NCBI GenBank assembly: GCA_973895155.1
Contig: OZ316892.1
Coordinates: 13,139,170-13,203,169, forward strand
Direction: 5' to 3'
From: Marsupella aquatica
Taxonomy: Eukaryota > Plantae > Marchantiophyta
Length of the DNA stretch: 64,000 bases
Positions 1 through 12,193 of the stretch are shown here, piece after piece. The stretch's first letter is position 1; each line of letters opens with the position of its first letter. The notes beneath the pieces were generated by a model, which saw nothing but the letters and a program-made list of their open reading frames with translations, had not been told where the DNA came from and did no database searches. The position numbers and the translations under genes were made by a program.

Positions 1-1837
1 TATGGTATCAAACCAGAATCGGGCCGCCCCCAAAATGGCATGCGGTTGGGGCACTGATTTATTTTTGGCCAGATCTAAGGACAGGTATTGGTATCAGAAA
101 TTGTTCCTGTGATACATGGTTGTGATTGTATTCGTAGTGGTAATGGAAAAAAGCTAGCAGTAGCTACTAATATCTCCCGCTACAGCCAAGAAGTCACCTA
201 TGGTAAACCATTTCCAAACACATGTCCACATAAGCATCCTTTAGCCAATTGACTTGCGGTCATGTTGAGAGGAGCCCCCCCTCAAAACCCTAAATCATGC
301 ATGCAGATTTTGTACCTTATTTTAATCCGGAATCTTCTCTGTATATGTGACTGATATAGGTATTGTTTTTCTAACACCAATTGGGTATGGGGTGTAACCG
401 GGTATTGGGTATGAAAGTACCAGGCTTGTATGGTATACACCTAATACCAGCCCGAAGGATACCAGCAGGGATGGCACCAGGGTATTGGAATCCCACACCC
501 ACTACCATCGGCAATACAGGCTTGGGATTCCATACCAGCTCAACATTTGTCTGGATGTATCCCAAGGGATGGGAATGTTGTAAAAACTATTAAGATCGAG
601 TAAAACTTATCATACCTAAGGATCAGGTTTGAAACAATGACAACTAAGCCACAAGTCCATAAAGGCCAAACGAAAAAGATACCAGAGAAAGAACACTCGA
701 GAAGAGGTGTTGTAGCCAAATGTTTCACTCACTCTAGAAAGCCAGCACCCCAAGACAAGATACACACAGTAGCACCCATGTCACTAAATTCTATTTTTTC
801 TTACACTATAATCCGCAATCAAAGTCTACTGTTTATGACCTATTCCGAGGAGCTAAGCCACAGATTATTATTTTTTGAAACATTTTCTTGAATATTTAGA
901 GTATTTAATGTGAGTAAGGTAGGGCATTGGAGACTGGTCCTTCTTGTCCATACACCACCTGTATTTGGGTTAGTAAACATGAAATGATCTGGTCGGTTGG
1001 GCAAGGTCGATGATCTTACTCGAGATCTCCAACAAGTTGAACCATACTTGACTTCTCATGGAAGCCACTGATGGTGTGCATCACTCTATTGTGCCTATGC
1101 ATAATTGAGGCACGAGTTACGAGCTAGAATTCAAAGACCGATGTGGGCCATGCATCTCAATTTTTCTAAGTCGATAGCGTCCATTAATGAAAACGAAAAA
1201 CGTGGCATGTTGCATGATGATTTTTTTCAGCTAATTTCCGCTGCATACTTCTTCTAAACTAACAAAAAATAATAATACCCTTATTACAGAGTATACGTTA
1301 CTTACTACCTATTCAAGTGGAGTTGACGTGACACGACGATGCAACCGCACCCATCCATCCATCCATGCATCGAACGGTGGGGGTGGGCCTGAACAGAGCA
1401 GAACAGAACCTTGACCGCAGTTTGGTTCGGGAATGGTAGTCACAACCTTGACTGCAGTTTCCCCCACAGTTCTCTCCTACAGTTCTTCTTTTCAGGATTT
1501 CAGGTTAGCAGAGTCTGAAAGAAGGATTTCTCTCGCCAATTTCTGAGAAGCGAAGGAACGAGAAGAATTGAGACTAGTGTGTCGAGAGATGTAACGCACT
1601 GCAGCTCGTTGGTCCTTTCTGGACTTTTTTTCTTTTTCTTTCTCTTGGTGTTTTTGTACTCTTTGTCAGGAATTTGGTTCTCTCTTCATTTTGAAGAACG
1701 GTAGCTCCCGTTGAGATTGGGAGACTCTCCTAGAAATCTCGATGGGCCTTACGCAGTTTCGTGTCGCCTGCTTCAAAGCGATTGCAACTGGATGCGCCAG
1801 CTGAAGGAAGAGCACTGACCGACGGCTGTTGTCGGAA

Positions 1838-3296
1838 ATGGCGATGGCAAGGGACCCCGATACCATCCAGCAGCTCTTTTCGATAGGGCAGCAATATGTT
1901 CAGGTGGAGCAGGTTTGGAATAACTTGGTTCCCACCTCAATCTTGCTGGGTTTTGCCAATTGCTTCAAGTCATTTGTTACTGTAGGATGTTGTGCAGCTT
2001 TGACTCTCGAATTGAGACTGTTTATTCCAGACTTTTACCGTTCGTGCGGGGTTTCCTTTTGAACCCATCGCTAACTTGACTAGGCCTCACAATCCTAGCT
2101 CTAGCATACCTTGCAGTTGTCCACTTCTGAGCGACTGTTGTCCTGGATGCCATATCTACAAGCATTTTAGTTTCGGTAATTTCGTTTATCTTGGCAGGAG
2201 AAGCACGCACTGGCGGAACGTTTAAAGGCTTCCAGAAAGAGAAGGCGACAATTGGCAGCCGAAGTCAGGTATGCTCTGGGCTCTTACTCTATTTTCAGGT
2301 TTTTTATGTCGAATCCCCATTTGTCAAGACCTGTTTCAGAGACCATGTACCAGGCTTTTAGTTTTGTTACAGAAGAGTGTGTCGTAAGCGGAGTCTTGTA
2401 GCTGGGAGCTACTGATGCGCCAGCTGATTAGTATGAGATGGTCCTTGCCAGGCATAGATCCCTCTTGTCATCTGTACAAGCTTAGCCAGATAGATTGCGT
2501 TCGGAGTTGTCAGTCGGACCCTCATAGCGTTACACACAAATATCTCTTTCCCTCGTCTTAGCTTCTTGTTGGGATATGTTGCGGTCCTGAAAATCTGTCT
2601 ACTGTACGTGCTACGTGCTACGTCAGAGAATCACCATTGGGTGTTGTAGGTTAATCCTCAATTGGGGAAATGATGTTCGTCCTAAAACTACTCTGGTCTC
2701 ACTGATAGAATGTTCATGTATATCGTTTCTGACTGTGTTTCTTTGTGTCACTGTCGAACCTTTGGGAACTGAAGTGACGTTGACTGGCGCAGGTTTTTGC
2801 ATGAGAAGTTGAGATCCTTCCAAAGGGTACCTGAACTTGATGGTCCATCGCAAGCAGCTCTTCATTTAAAAAGTGTAAGACAATCACCCTTGCTATCCCT
2901 GCCCAAAAAACAGAAAATTAGAAATCGATCACAAAAATGAAGGAAATCTCTTGCCACTGCAGATTAGACGCACGGCTTAGACTTGAACAATTATTGGAAG
3001 AAGACAGTCGACCATAGCAACACGCTAACTAGCAGCGATCAAGGCTGGACGAACGTCGGTAGTCTGTTGTCCATTTGTCTTGCCATCTTTGCATGGTCTC
3101 TCTCAACCAGTGTTATTATCCATTTGTGCAGATGGAAGTACCTCAGTTTTATGAAGTGGAAGTGAAGTTTGCTAACTCTCTGGAAAGTGGAATGATAAAC
3201 TCGATGGTCTTTGAGTATCCACCTAGTCCCAGAGATCCCCAAAATGAATTTGCTCCAGATGTATTGTCTAGGCAGGATAAGTTTTTGGGACGATGA
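1838..3296 (+). CDS. Small plant coiled-coil protein, resembling the uncharacterised Arabidopsis At4g30630/At5g57910 family; multi-exon, 3' structure uncertain
   Basis: Manual splicing of 1838-1912 / 2198-2268 / 2793- with GT-AG sites gives MAMARDPDTIQQLFSIGQQYVQVEQ|EKHALAERLKASRKRRRQLAAEVR|FLHEKLRSF. The 'LxAEVRFL' motif is recalled from that family. The CDS either stops at TGA 2938-2940 or continues through exons 2968-3054 (LDLN) and 3132-3296 (...SRQDKFLGR*). Confidence 0.55.
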
Positions 3297-3594
3297 ATGG
3301 CGTCATATCTATGAAGTAGGACTACGAGTTGATTGTCAAGTGTTCAAGTAACTGGTTACCTACCATCATGCCAAAGCTATGATACTTTTGACTTGAGTTT
3401 TAGTATCAAAAGCAGAAGCAGTAAGTTCTCGCTTGTCTTCTCTCAAAGTAGAAACAGACCAAAGCCTAAACAATAAAAGGTTCCTAAGCAATTCGGTTGA
3501 CCTTTTTCGAATTGTTTTACCACGTTACGTCATCTATTGGTTTGACTTGGGAGAATATCTCTCTGGAGGAGGTTACGATATTGTTCCTTAGCAG

Positions 3595-3714
3595 CGGCTT
3601 CATGCAGGCCAGTTGCAGCCTGCATTCCGAACTGGGGCCAGGTTCTTGGGGTTAGCTCTCGCTCGCGACCCTTAGTACTGGCCATTGTAGCACGTGTGTC
3701 GCCCAGGGCGTAAG
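3595..3714 (-). pseudogene. Short 16S rRNA fragment, plastid-like (NUPT-type insertion)
   Basis: The reverse complement reads CTTACGCCCTGGGCGACACACGTGCTACAATGGCC...CAGTTCGGAATGCAGGCTGCAACTGGCCTGCATGAAGCCG. This matches the conserved ~1210-1340 region of 16S rRNA, including the plastid-type GGGCGACACACG, with an internal deletion. Confidence 0.85.
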
Positions 3715-3800
3715 TACAAGTTAACGTTGTAAAGCGTTGGGGGCCCAACCTCCGGCAAGGGGCGTATTTGATAAAGAAATTATTTGGATGAAGTGTTTGT

Positions 3801-3862
3801 CATACTAAGACCTTGAACATTTAGTCGCAGATGTCATAACAAATGTTCAAGGTCTTAGTATG
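3801..3862. repeat. Perfect 22-bp inverted repeat (hairpin) with an 18-nt loop
   Basis: CATACTAAGACCTTGAACATTT (3801-3822) is the exact reverse complement of AAATGTTCAAGGTCTTAGTATG (3841-3862). Confidence 0.95.
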
Positions 3863-4708
3863 TTCGAAATCCGTGGTGCTTGGTTTTGATTTATAGAGAA
3901 TGCTAGAAGATAGCGTACATTCCCAATGCAAGAATAGAGTGAGCACTGATGCATCTGCCTTCCCCTGGTGGCGTGTAATGGGAGCGGGCTGTGTACAAGT
4001 CCTGGTCCTGGGACCTCCAGCACTCAGACAAGTGTGATGTAAAGTCTCAGGTACTCGACCGGTTGAGAGCTTCAGGATTGACGGTGGAGGATTGAGGCCA
4101 CCCCGGGGACGTTTCGGCTGGAGCGACACATCGAGTGTCATTTTTGTGAAAAAATATTACAGTTTACCAGTTGTGTAACCACCCTGGTATGGACAAATGC
4201 CTTCCACAGAACAATTCTTCTAATTACGAAGAGAATCAAGCGGCTCCATGGTCAAAGGGACTCAATTGTGTAGGACGGAAATAACGACGTCTAAAACTTC
4301 ATTAGGTCACTCAGCAAGTCTGCCCGCACGACTGTCGATTCAGAATGGACACATAGTAAAAGCATAGACCATGACGAGTCCCTATCTCTCAAAATACTTT
4401 CGAGCACTGACAAAAATTGCCGACAAAACATAATTTTACGGAGAAACAGAAAAAACAGCAAAACACAATTTACCACTTCCACTGAAAACTGCCGAACTTC
4501 TTTCCATTTGGATTTCTTGAATCGCTCTCTTGCTCGTTTTACAGTCCGAGAAAGTAAATTTATTCAATGTTGCGTTTCAGTCTGATATGCAGACATGCAT
4601 CCTCAAAAAAGATTCTCGTTGCCAGCTTAAACTTAATAGATAAAAATTGTATGCAACTCGGTACTCTGTTCTACTAGAACTCTCTACTGGCAAAATTTGT
4701 CCTAAGAG

Positions 4709-7700
4709 TCAGTTACTCTGACCAAGGTTTTTGCGTGCAGATTGTGGCACAAAATCCACAATGACCTGCACATCATAAATGCCCACGCAAATGAGTACTC
4801 AGTAGGTTTGGTGGACAGTGCTATCAATAGTTACGGCTTTCAGTTTTAAATCCAGGTTTTTGGAGAGCCCTTGGGTTACATCTCTACAGCGATACTGCTA
4901 GCAAATTTATAATCTGTCTTGGTAATTTCCATTCCAAGTTTAGCTAGAAAAACGTTTTGTTCATGTTGAACAGCTTACTGTGGCCTGTTCTATTCTCAAG
5001 TTAGCCTGTTTCCATTAAAATCCCTAGCCCTTTAAGTATCATACGCGAACTCCTTGAAAGTTGCAACAAATCCCACACCTCTTTCTCAACCCCCAGAAGA
5101 GAGCACAGGTTACTGAATCTGTTATCTAGAGGACATCAAGGGCGAGTGACTGGTTTGGTAACCCTCACCCTTTGATGTTTAAAAATATAGCCTAGGGTAA
5201 GGTGATTACGGAAGTTCTCTCCGCTATCCAGCCTGTAGTTATGCTTTACGGCAGAGTGGCTCTTGTCTACAATGCTAAAAGGTTTAGCTTAGGGTTACCG
5301 AAGCAAGCTCTCTCAGCCTGTAGTTATGGTCTTAGTGGTACATAGCTTATTGTCCCCAATGTTAACAAGCTCAGTATAGTGTGAGTTCGATAAGGAAGCA
5401 AGCTCTCTCAGCCTGTAGTTATGGTCTTAGTGGTACATAGCTTATTGTCCCCAATGTTAACAAGCTTAGTATAGTGTAAGGAAGAAAGCTCTCTCTGCTT
5501 CTAAGGCTTCAGCTATATGCTCAAGTGGATCTTGCCCCTTCTCCGTTCGCTTTCAATCAGAAAGAAAGGCGTCAATCAAACCTGTCCAATCTATCTTATT
5601 CTCTAAGACTTAAATAGCAGGGCACTAACACTAACAGCTTCAGGCACCACTGCATTTTGATGAGTTAAAAAACTTCCTGTCCACTTTTGCACAGATGAGA
5701 CTCATGAAAAATTGAGTAAAGAATAGCAGAGCTAGTTTACTCACTCTCCCATCATATGAAAGCGAAGCAAAGACCCATGGATCTGCGGCACTCCATGCGA
5801 TTCCTGCCATTAAACCACCACATCAGCTGCTATATCCTTCAGAAAAGAGACGAAAAGGTGAACAATGATGGGAATGTCAATGCGCATGGGAGTGGATGGA
5901 GTCGTTGAATCTGTAGTCCTGACCAGATCATTGAAACCGAGAAACTCCGTGATTGTTACAATTGAAGGAAAAAGTACAACAGTTCTCACCATAGACACTG
6001 TCTTCATGCTCTGTGTATGATTGTACAAACGGGTCCGGTGACCTTTTGGGTGATCCATGCGCACTGCAAGTCGTCAGAGACATGTCAACTTTTCAGAGAT
6101 AGTCTTAAAATTGAGTACTTAAGTCAAGGTCTTCACTGGAATTCATCATAGGATTTTTAATAGTCTGACATGAGAGTAGACTTGCCTTTGAGGAGATGAA
6201 GAAGAACGCCATAGATTAACCACATAGTCGGTACCTGAACTCTGCATCAAACGGGGAACGACCATATTGAGTCAACACCACACACTGCTGCCTTAAAACC
6301 GCCTCCTCAGCTTTTGAAAGAGTTAGAACAAGTAACCAAGAGCTTGAGTATGATATATGGAGCAATGCAATTCAAACAGACTTAGGAAAGAGCAGGACAG
6401 TACGGACACAAATTATTATCAACAGTAATGAGAAACTACAAGCAAATTTATGCCTTCCTACATACACATGTTCGCAATCTCCAGCATCTAGTTACTCTAT
6501 ACAACTATCCAACAGACTTTGGTAAAGCCCAATAGAGAATTTTGTCAACCCCTCTAAGTCACAAGAAACCTGTTAAAACCCAGATAGATGCGCATGTTAA
6601 TTAGTTCCATTCCTCTCATGATATTGCTGTTTCGCACGAAGGTTTGCGTTCAAGTGTTTGCTGTGATGTTCCCAATGTCTCGTACTCTAGGGGACAGTGC
6701 CCAAGCTATTCACAGAATAACTCCGATTGGAAATAAAGACAAACATCCGCGGCTTTCCATCATGAAGTGAAACTGATTCCATAAAACTGAAGGAGTAAGA
6801 GGAGTCTTGTACCAATATGAGCTCGTCATACTTGGGATTGTATTTAACACGCCACGTCCTACAAAGAGTGTAAGCAGTATTTAATCTCAAACTCCTCGTA
6901 CTTGTCTCGATGAAGTCCTAGTTATGAAAAAAATGAAATGTCTACTCTCTGATTCATCGCTGCAGCTGTTAGGCATATATAAATAAATAAGGCTTTCTTT
7001 TAGTTATTCAACAAAGTATTATAGATACTACGTACCAGTGTGCGTGTCCTGGAAGTTCAGCAAGAGGCGTCCTGGGCATTTTCATATCCCAAATACGGAT
7101 TTTTGAATCATCCCCTGCAGTCACCTGTGCGGAGACAGCAACATGACAGTTTTTACTGCCGTATAATGAAACACAACATTAAAGCGATCTAGAACTGGAT
7201 TAAGACATAGCTACTCAGAGAGGGTCATACGAAGAGGATCCTGAAGGTCCATCTGTGATGCAAGCACCAAAGAAGAGAAACCTTCCTCGCGGGTTGGACA
7301 GGAAGTTTGAAGGCCCTCTTCATATTGAGGAGAGTTGTGTTACAGATCTTCAATATTATTTAACTTTCTTCACAGGAGTCACCGCAGTTAGAGAGACCTC
7401 TGGTCCATGACTGATGAAGACATTACGATGTGGCTGAGTCAAGACCACAAAAAAGGATGAATGTTCCTATAATGCTATGTCTCATGCGTTGCCCAACTTG
7501 AGGACAAGCTAAAGACAGACCTCAAATAATTCTGCATGTTTATGGAAAGCTTTCGAGTGCAAGGGCTACCTCCATGAGTAAAACATGGAAAGTCCATTTC
7601 CACTAATTATGGTAGGTCTTCACACTACAAAGGTTAGCATTCCACCAGTGTGGCTTCTGCGCTCATCCACGTTATAGCTCTGTCCCTGCCGGGCGAGGCG

Positions 7701-10700
7701 TCTACAGCTGCAATGCTACGGTACACAACTATAATAAGTAAATATACGGATAGTGCCAATTGGCTGCAGTAGAATGAATGGAGAAGACGATTTGAACAAT
7801 TAAGGCTGTCGCTAGATAGAATAAAAATTATTTACTGAATCGACCTGGATTTCCATTAAATAGAAAGGTGTCATTGTAAGCGTCAAACTCCTAAACCTAC
7901 GAGTATGTCTACCAAAAATCCGACAGAAGCTGTAATAAGACGTTTAGAACCCTGTCCTGAGACTCAGGTTTTAGACGTGCAGCATGGACGAAGTAACCGG
8001 CAATATGGGATTTCAAGAGAAAGAAAGTAGTAAACAGTTTGCAGAAGCGACGAGCTGCCGTCTAATTGAGATCCTGACACTTTTCATGGTCCCAGTTCTT
8101 GATCATCAAAGTCCCGAATGCATAACGGGAATATATCATCATGAACTCCATGAATAGTCAAAAACTGAAGGTCTACGTTTCTACTCTGCGATATAATATT
8201 CCCTTGCATTGCCCTATCACAATTTGATAGGAAACAAGATTCTTCACCCTTGTGCAGTGTCTAAAGCATTAAAAGCGCACTGTACATTGAGTGTAGGCAC
8301 AAGGCCTCGTACAAAGACTTCCAATTTAGTAGCAAAAAATCCTTCAAAATATATTTTGCTACATCCAGACTGACAACACTGTCCGAAAAATGAAAGTCGG
8401 GAAAAGAAAGTACAAGTAGCTGTGACTTCTTTGGATTGAAATCTATGTCGCGCACTTGAACTGCATGTGCTTGCTCTATTCGATTTGATTGCCTGACTTT
8501 TTTCCCACCAGATCGCACCGTACAACAAATAAACCCTCATGAGCTTACAGCAGAAATTAAAAAATGCCTGTTAGTTTCCACATACAACACAAGCGGCAAT
8601 CATATTTAGGTCAAAATCTCACCACTAATGTACCAATCCACCACCAAAGAGTATAGTAAGTAGGGTTAAGGCCACAAAATACGTCTAGTATGAATGAAGG
8701 AATGATAGATGCACTTCAATTCAAGCGTCTTTGGCCACTCTTCCCATTGCTAAGTTCTGTGTGGACCAGATTATCTACAATTGAGGGTAGGTAGACAAGG
8801 TGCACTCTTTCTCTGGACCCACTTCAAGATGGGACACAAAAGGGCAACGCCCTTGGAAACACTGAAACCACTATTACACAGTCGGGTCAGACTACCCCCA
8901 ACGCACTCGTGATGTGTACAACAGCAACTTGCGCGGCAAACGGCAAATAATATAGGGGATTTGGGAGAGTTCGTCGAGAGGTCTCTGCGCTAAGATTATG
9001 GGCCGTTCTTCTGTGCCCTTCTTAAAGATACTTACCTCATGCTGCGAAGGTCCCACATCTGGATGGAGGAATCAAATATAGTTGCCACATTTGAAACATC
9101 ATGTGGATCCCAAGCACCACCAGCCATGTGGTGAAGCTCCCCTGCTGACCCATGTGCCTGGACCTGCCCAAGTAAGGACGCGATCAGCTAACAAGAGATA
9201 AAAACGTAAAACAGGGTATTGAGCAACAGGTATTTGCCAGGCAGGACACTTGGAAGTTTACCCTGCACAGCTACGAGTCGTTTGCAACTGGTGAGCCTCT
9301 AAAAATTCTATAGCCATTTCAGGAAGGAGCCATTGCAAAGCACATGGTGGGAGGCTCTTTCTTGCAGCACAACAATCATTAGTCGCAGTAATCTATCTTG
9401 CGGTTCAAATCTGCTTTCCAGCACGCTAGGCTTCGAAACAAGTTACACATACTAGCGCGGCATCAGCGCGGCCAAGCTAACCTCTCAGAGATTACTGCAA
9501 CTCAAGTATACGTTTTGCCGGATGCTACGAGAGTTCGACCTCAAAGGAAAAACTTCAAACATCAAGAAAAGCTGTGAGCGATTCAAGGACATGTCAGGTT
9601 GCACTATTCTCATTGTATAGCATCAGCAAGACTTACACTATGCTCATTGTATAGCATCTGCTATAGACCCCATGCCTTGGTCAGACAGTGTAAGACACTC
9701 GGTCTTTATGGGGTCCTTCCATTACGTGGGGTTATGCCAAAATGTATTCCATATGGTTAGAGAACGATGCTAATTTAGCCTGCTCATGCAGATACATCAT
9801 GAAGTTTATAGATTCTTTACTCATAATACCACAAGGGAATGCAGTCTTTCTCACCTTTGCGACCCCTTTTGCCGTGTCCAAATCCCAGACAAATAAACTC
9901 TCTGCATCTATGCTTAACAGCTGCTGATGCTTCCCTGATGGCCACCAAAGTGTACTGATTCTTAAAAGTGTCAGCTTAGAACATCAGTCTCCTAAGCATC
10001 TTCTCTTAATGACTCGCACCCACTTGGGCAAGAAGAACTGCCCCAAGCAAACCGCAGATGATCTTGCACAAGAAAGTTTGGTTGACGCTGGACGCACCCA
10101 ACAAAGAGAAAATGCATTGCTCGGAGAGGTATAAGTAAGCACCATTTTATGGGTTGTGCATGTCCCTCCAATATAGATAATTGTTGAAGAGGAAGGACTG
10201 TCACGCCACCTGACTTTGGACGGTCTGGTAGTTTCCATAAGGATACACCGTACTCACCGACTGACCAGCACAGACCCACACTTAGTTTCATAGTGGTGGG
10301 AGCCTAAGCGCTTTGGACGCATCATACATTAAAATTTCTGTGAAAGATTTTCCTAAGCGGGTAAGCCAGGTAGTTATAATAATCACACTCGCGAACTGCT
10401 CTCCAGATACTTCACCAGCATTATGTAAAAAGTAGTATGATGTAATAGTGATCACTAGGAACAATGAATTCTTGAATAACACATGCCGATCAATTCTATC
10501 AAAAGAACTCCACTCAGTTGTGAGTTTATCCAGATATTTCTGAGGTCAACGTATGTAGTTCAGTAGAGATGAGACCAAGGTCGTGATACGCCATATCAGC
10601 GGGACTAGTCATCCAATATGACAATCGTAGTCAATTGCAAACGCTCAGATCTCTTATGCTAAATATTAAAAGACAACGATCCATTGCGTATTCCTGAGAA

Positions 10701-11562
10701 ACCGGGGTACAACAGGATATCAGAGCGTCTGCTGAATCTCTGTCGAGAAAGACGAACACTGAAGTTATAGAACAGCCGTACCTGATGCGTAAACCGTGGA
10801 TATGATTTTCTTGTCAAACGGGCAAGCAGCTAGATCCCATATCTCATTGTGATGGATGTAAAGGCCTTCGCAAACAATGTCAGAGCTGTGATCCGGTAAC
10901 TGGATCACATGTACCTGTGGGATAAACCTCCACCATGAATACCTTTATGATGTCCTCCCGAAGACGTGAAATCTTCCTACACTCAATCCCTTACCCTGAA
11001 GATTAACTTCTCCAGCCCTCAAAACGAAACGAATAAACGGGATGAAAGTAGCTCACTCTGCAAATCGTCAAGTGGACTCTGGACAAGATCCATAAGAAAG
11101 GAAGCGAACAAATAGATCAAGCAAGAAGGAAGAATGAGAGCAGGAGAACCCCATCTAAATCGCTCTGATCAGTGTGGAAAAGTCTCTCCGGAATACCTCG
11201 TTTTCTTCTCGCAGGTTCTGGGTGCCCACCAGGAACCGCGCACTTTGAGAATCACCCAGTTGTGGTGCAATACATCTTGCCTGCCGACCCATCCCATGCC
11301 CACAACAGGAAGATTATTCAGAGAAGCCAGAATCACTCGAAAATTACCCTTCGATTTAAATCTTCTCACTGTGGCATTGCATTGTTGCGGATTAGCTTCC
11401 CTGTAGAGAGTCTGTTTGTCTGTGTGACCACTCGAACATGAGATGCACGAGTAGACGGATTGATGGGCGAAAGCAGCAATGCAACCGGAACTTGATGTCA
11501 GTAATTGCACATGCCTGATATTTCACGCCATACGCATGACCGTGTTGAGAAGCGCTCTGCAT
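4709..11562 (-). CDS. DWA2: WD40-repeat protein, DWA2 / TSSC1 (EIPR1) family, 13 coding exons
   Basis: Exons reconstructed by hand: 11562-11515, 11280-11197, 10914-10782, 10260-10143, 9954-9855, 9163-9036, 8492-8414, 7124-7036, 6858-6813, 6241-6186, 6063-5990, 5803-5745, 4765-4709. They give MQSASQHGHAYGVKYQARCI...REENEVHVI...HNEIWDLAACPFD...LWWPSG...GGAWDPHD...WDLRSM...LPGHAHWTWRVKYNP...[33 protein letters not shown], collinear with plant DWA2. Confidence 0.92.
5210..5495. repeat. Intronic tandem repeat, ~95-bp unit (two near-identical copies plus a diverged copy)
   Basis: AAGCAAGCTCTCTCAGCCTGTAGTTATGGTCTTAGTGGTACATAGCTTATTGTCCCCAATGTTAACAAGCT occurs at ~5301 and ~5396, with a diverged copy from ~5210. 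It lies in the last intron of DWA2. Confidence 0.85.
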
Positions 11563-11880
11563 TGCTGAAGCTCCCCGGCTCCTAAACCGTGGTGTTGAAC
11601 AGCTTTGTTCCTCCTGGTGGAAGCGCTAGCTAGAGAGGTTAACACGGCAACAAATTGTTCCTTTCTGCGAGGTACAGCGAGTGAGCTGTCAGGGAAGAGT
11701 TATGACGGAGTGATGCAAATTGCTTGATTAAACACATACCAAGCTACATCATTCTCCTGCTATAGATCTTGCTAGCAACAACATGATTCTGAACTGACAC
11801 GAAAACAGGCAAACAGGGCTGTTCTTAGTCAGATGCCCGCACCTTATGCGTCTTCCTTCCACTTTATCTTTGCATCAATG

Positions 11881-11976
11881 TTGTCGACTCCAGCTCCCTG
11901 TTTGGATCTTTGCATTCAGGCCAGCCTTGTCGACTCCAGCTCCCTCCCTGTTTGGATCTTTGCATTCAGGCCAGCC
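11881..11976. repeat. Tandem duplication of ~46-50 bp
   Basis: TTGTCGACTCCAGCTCCCT(CCCT)GTTTGGATCTTTGCATTCAGGCCAGCC occurs twice head-to-tail, upstream of DWA2. Confidence 0.9.
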
Positions 11977-12193
11977 TTTGCAGCTGGATGAGAGCGTTTG
12001 CAGCTGGATGTTTCTCAGATTTAGTAGGGGCTTCCAAACTCCAGCAACAAAACTGTGCCCGATTAATTTTTTTATTTTTATTTTTTTGTCGAGAAAACGG
12101 GGTTGCAGGGCTATTGCCTTCAATAACACAGGGGGGGCCAGGAAGACACAAATAGGGCCAACGCCGGGGCATGGGAAGGCAAGACACAACAAA

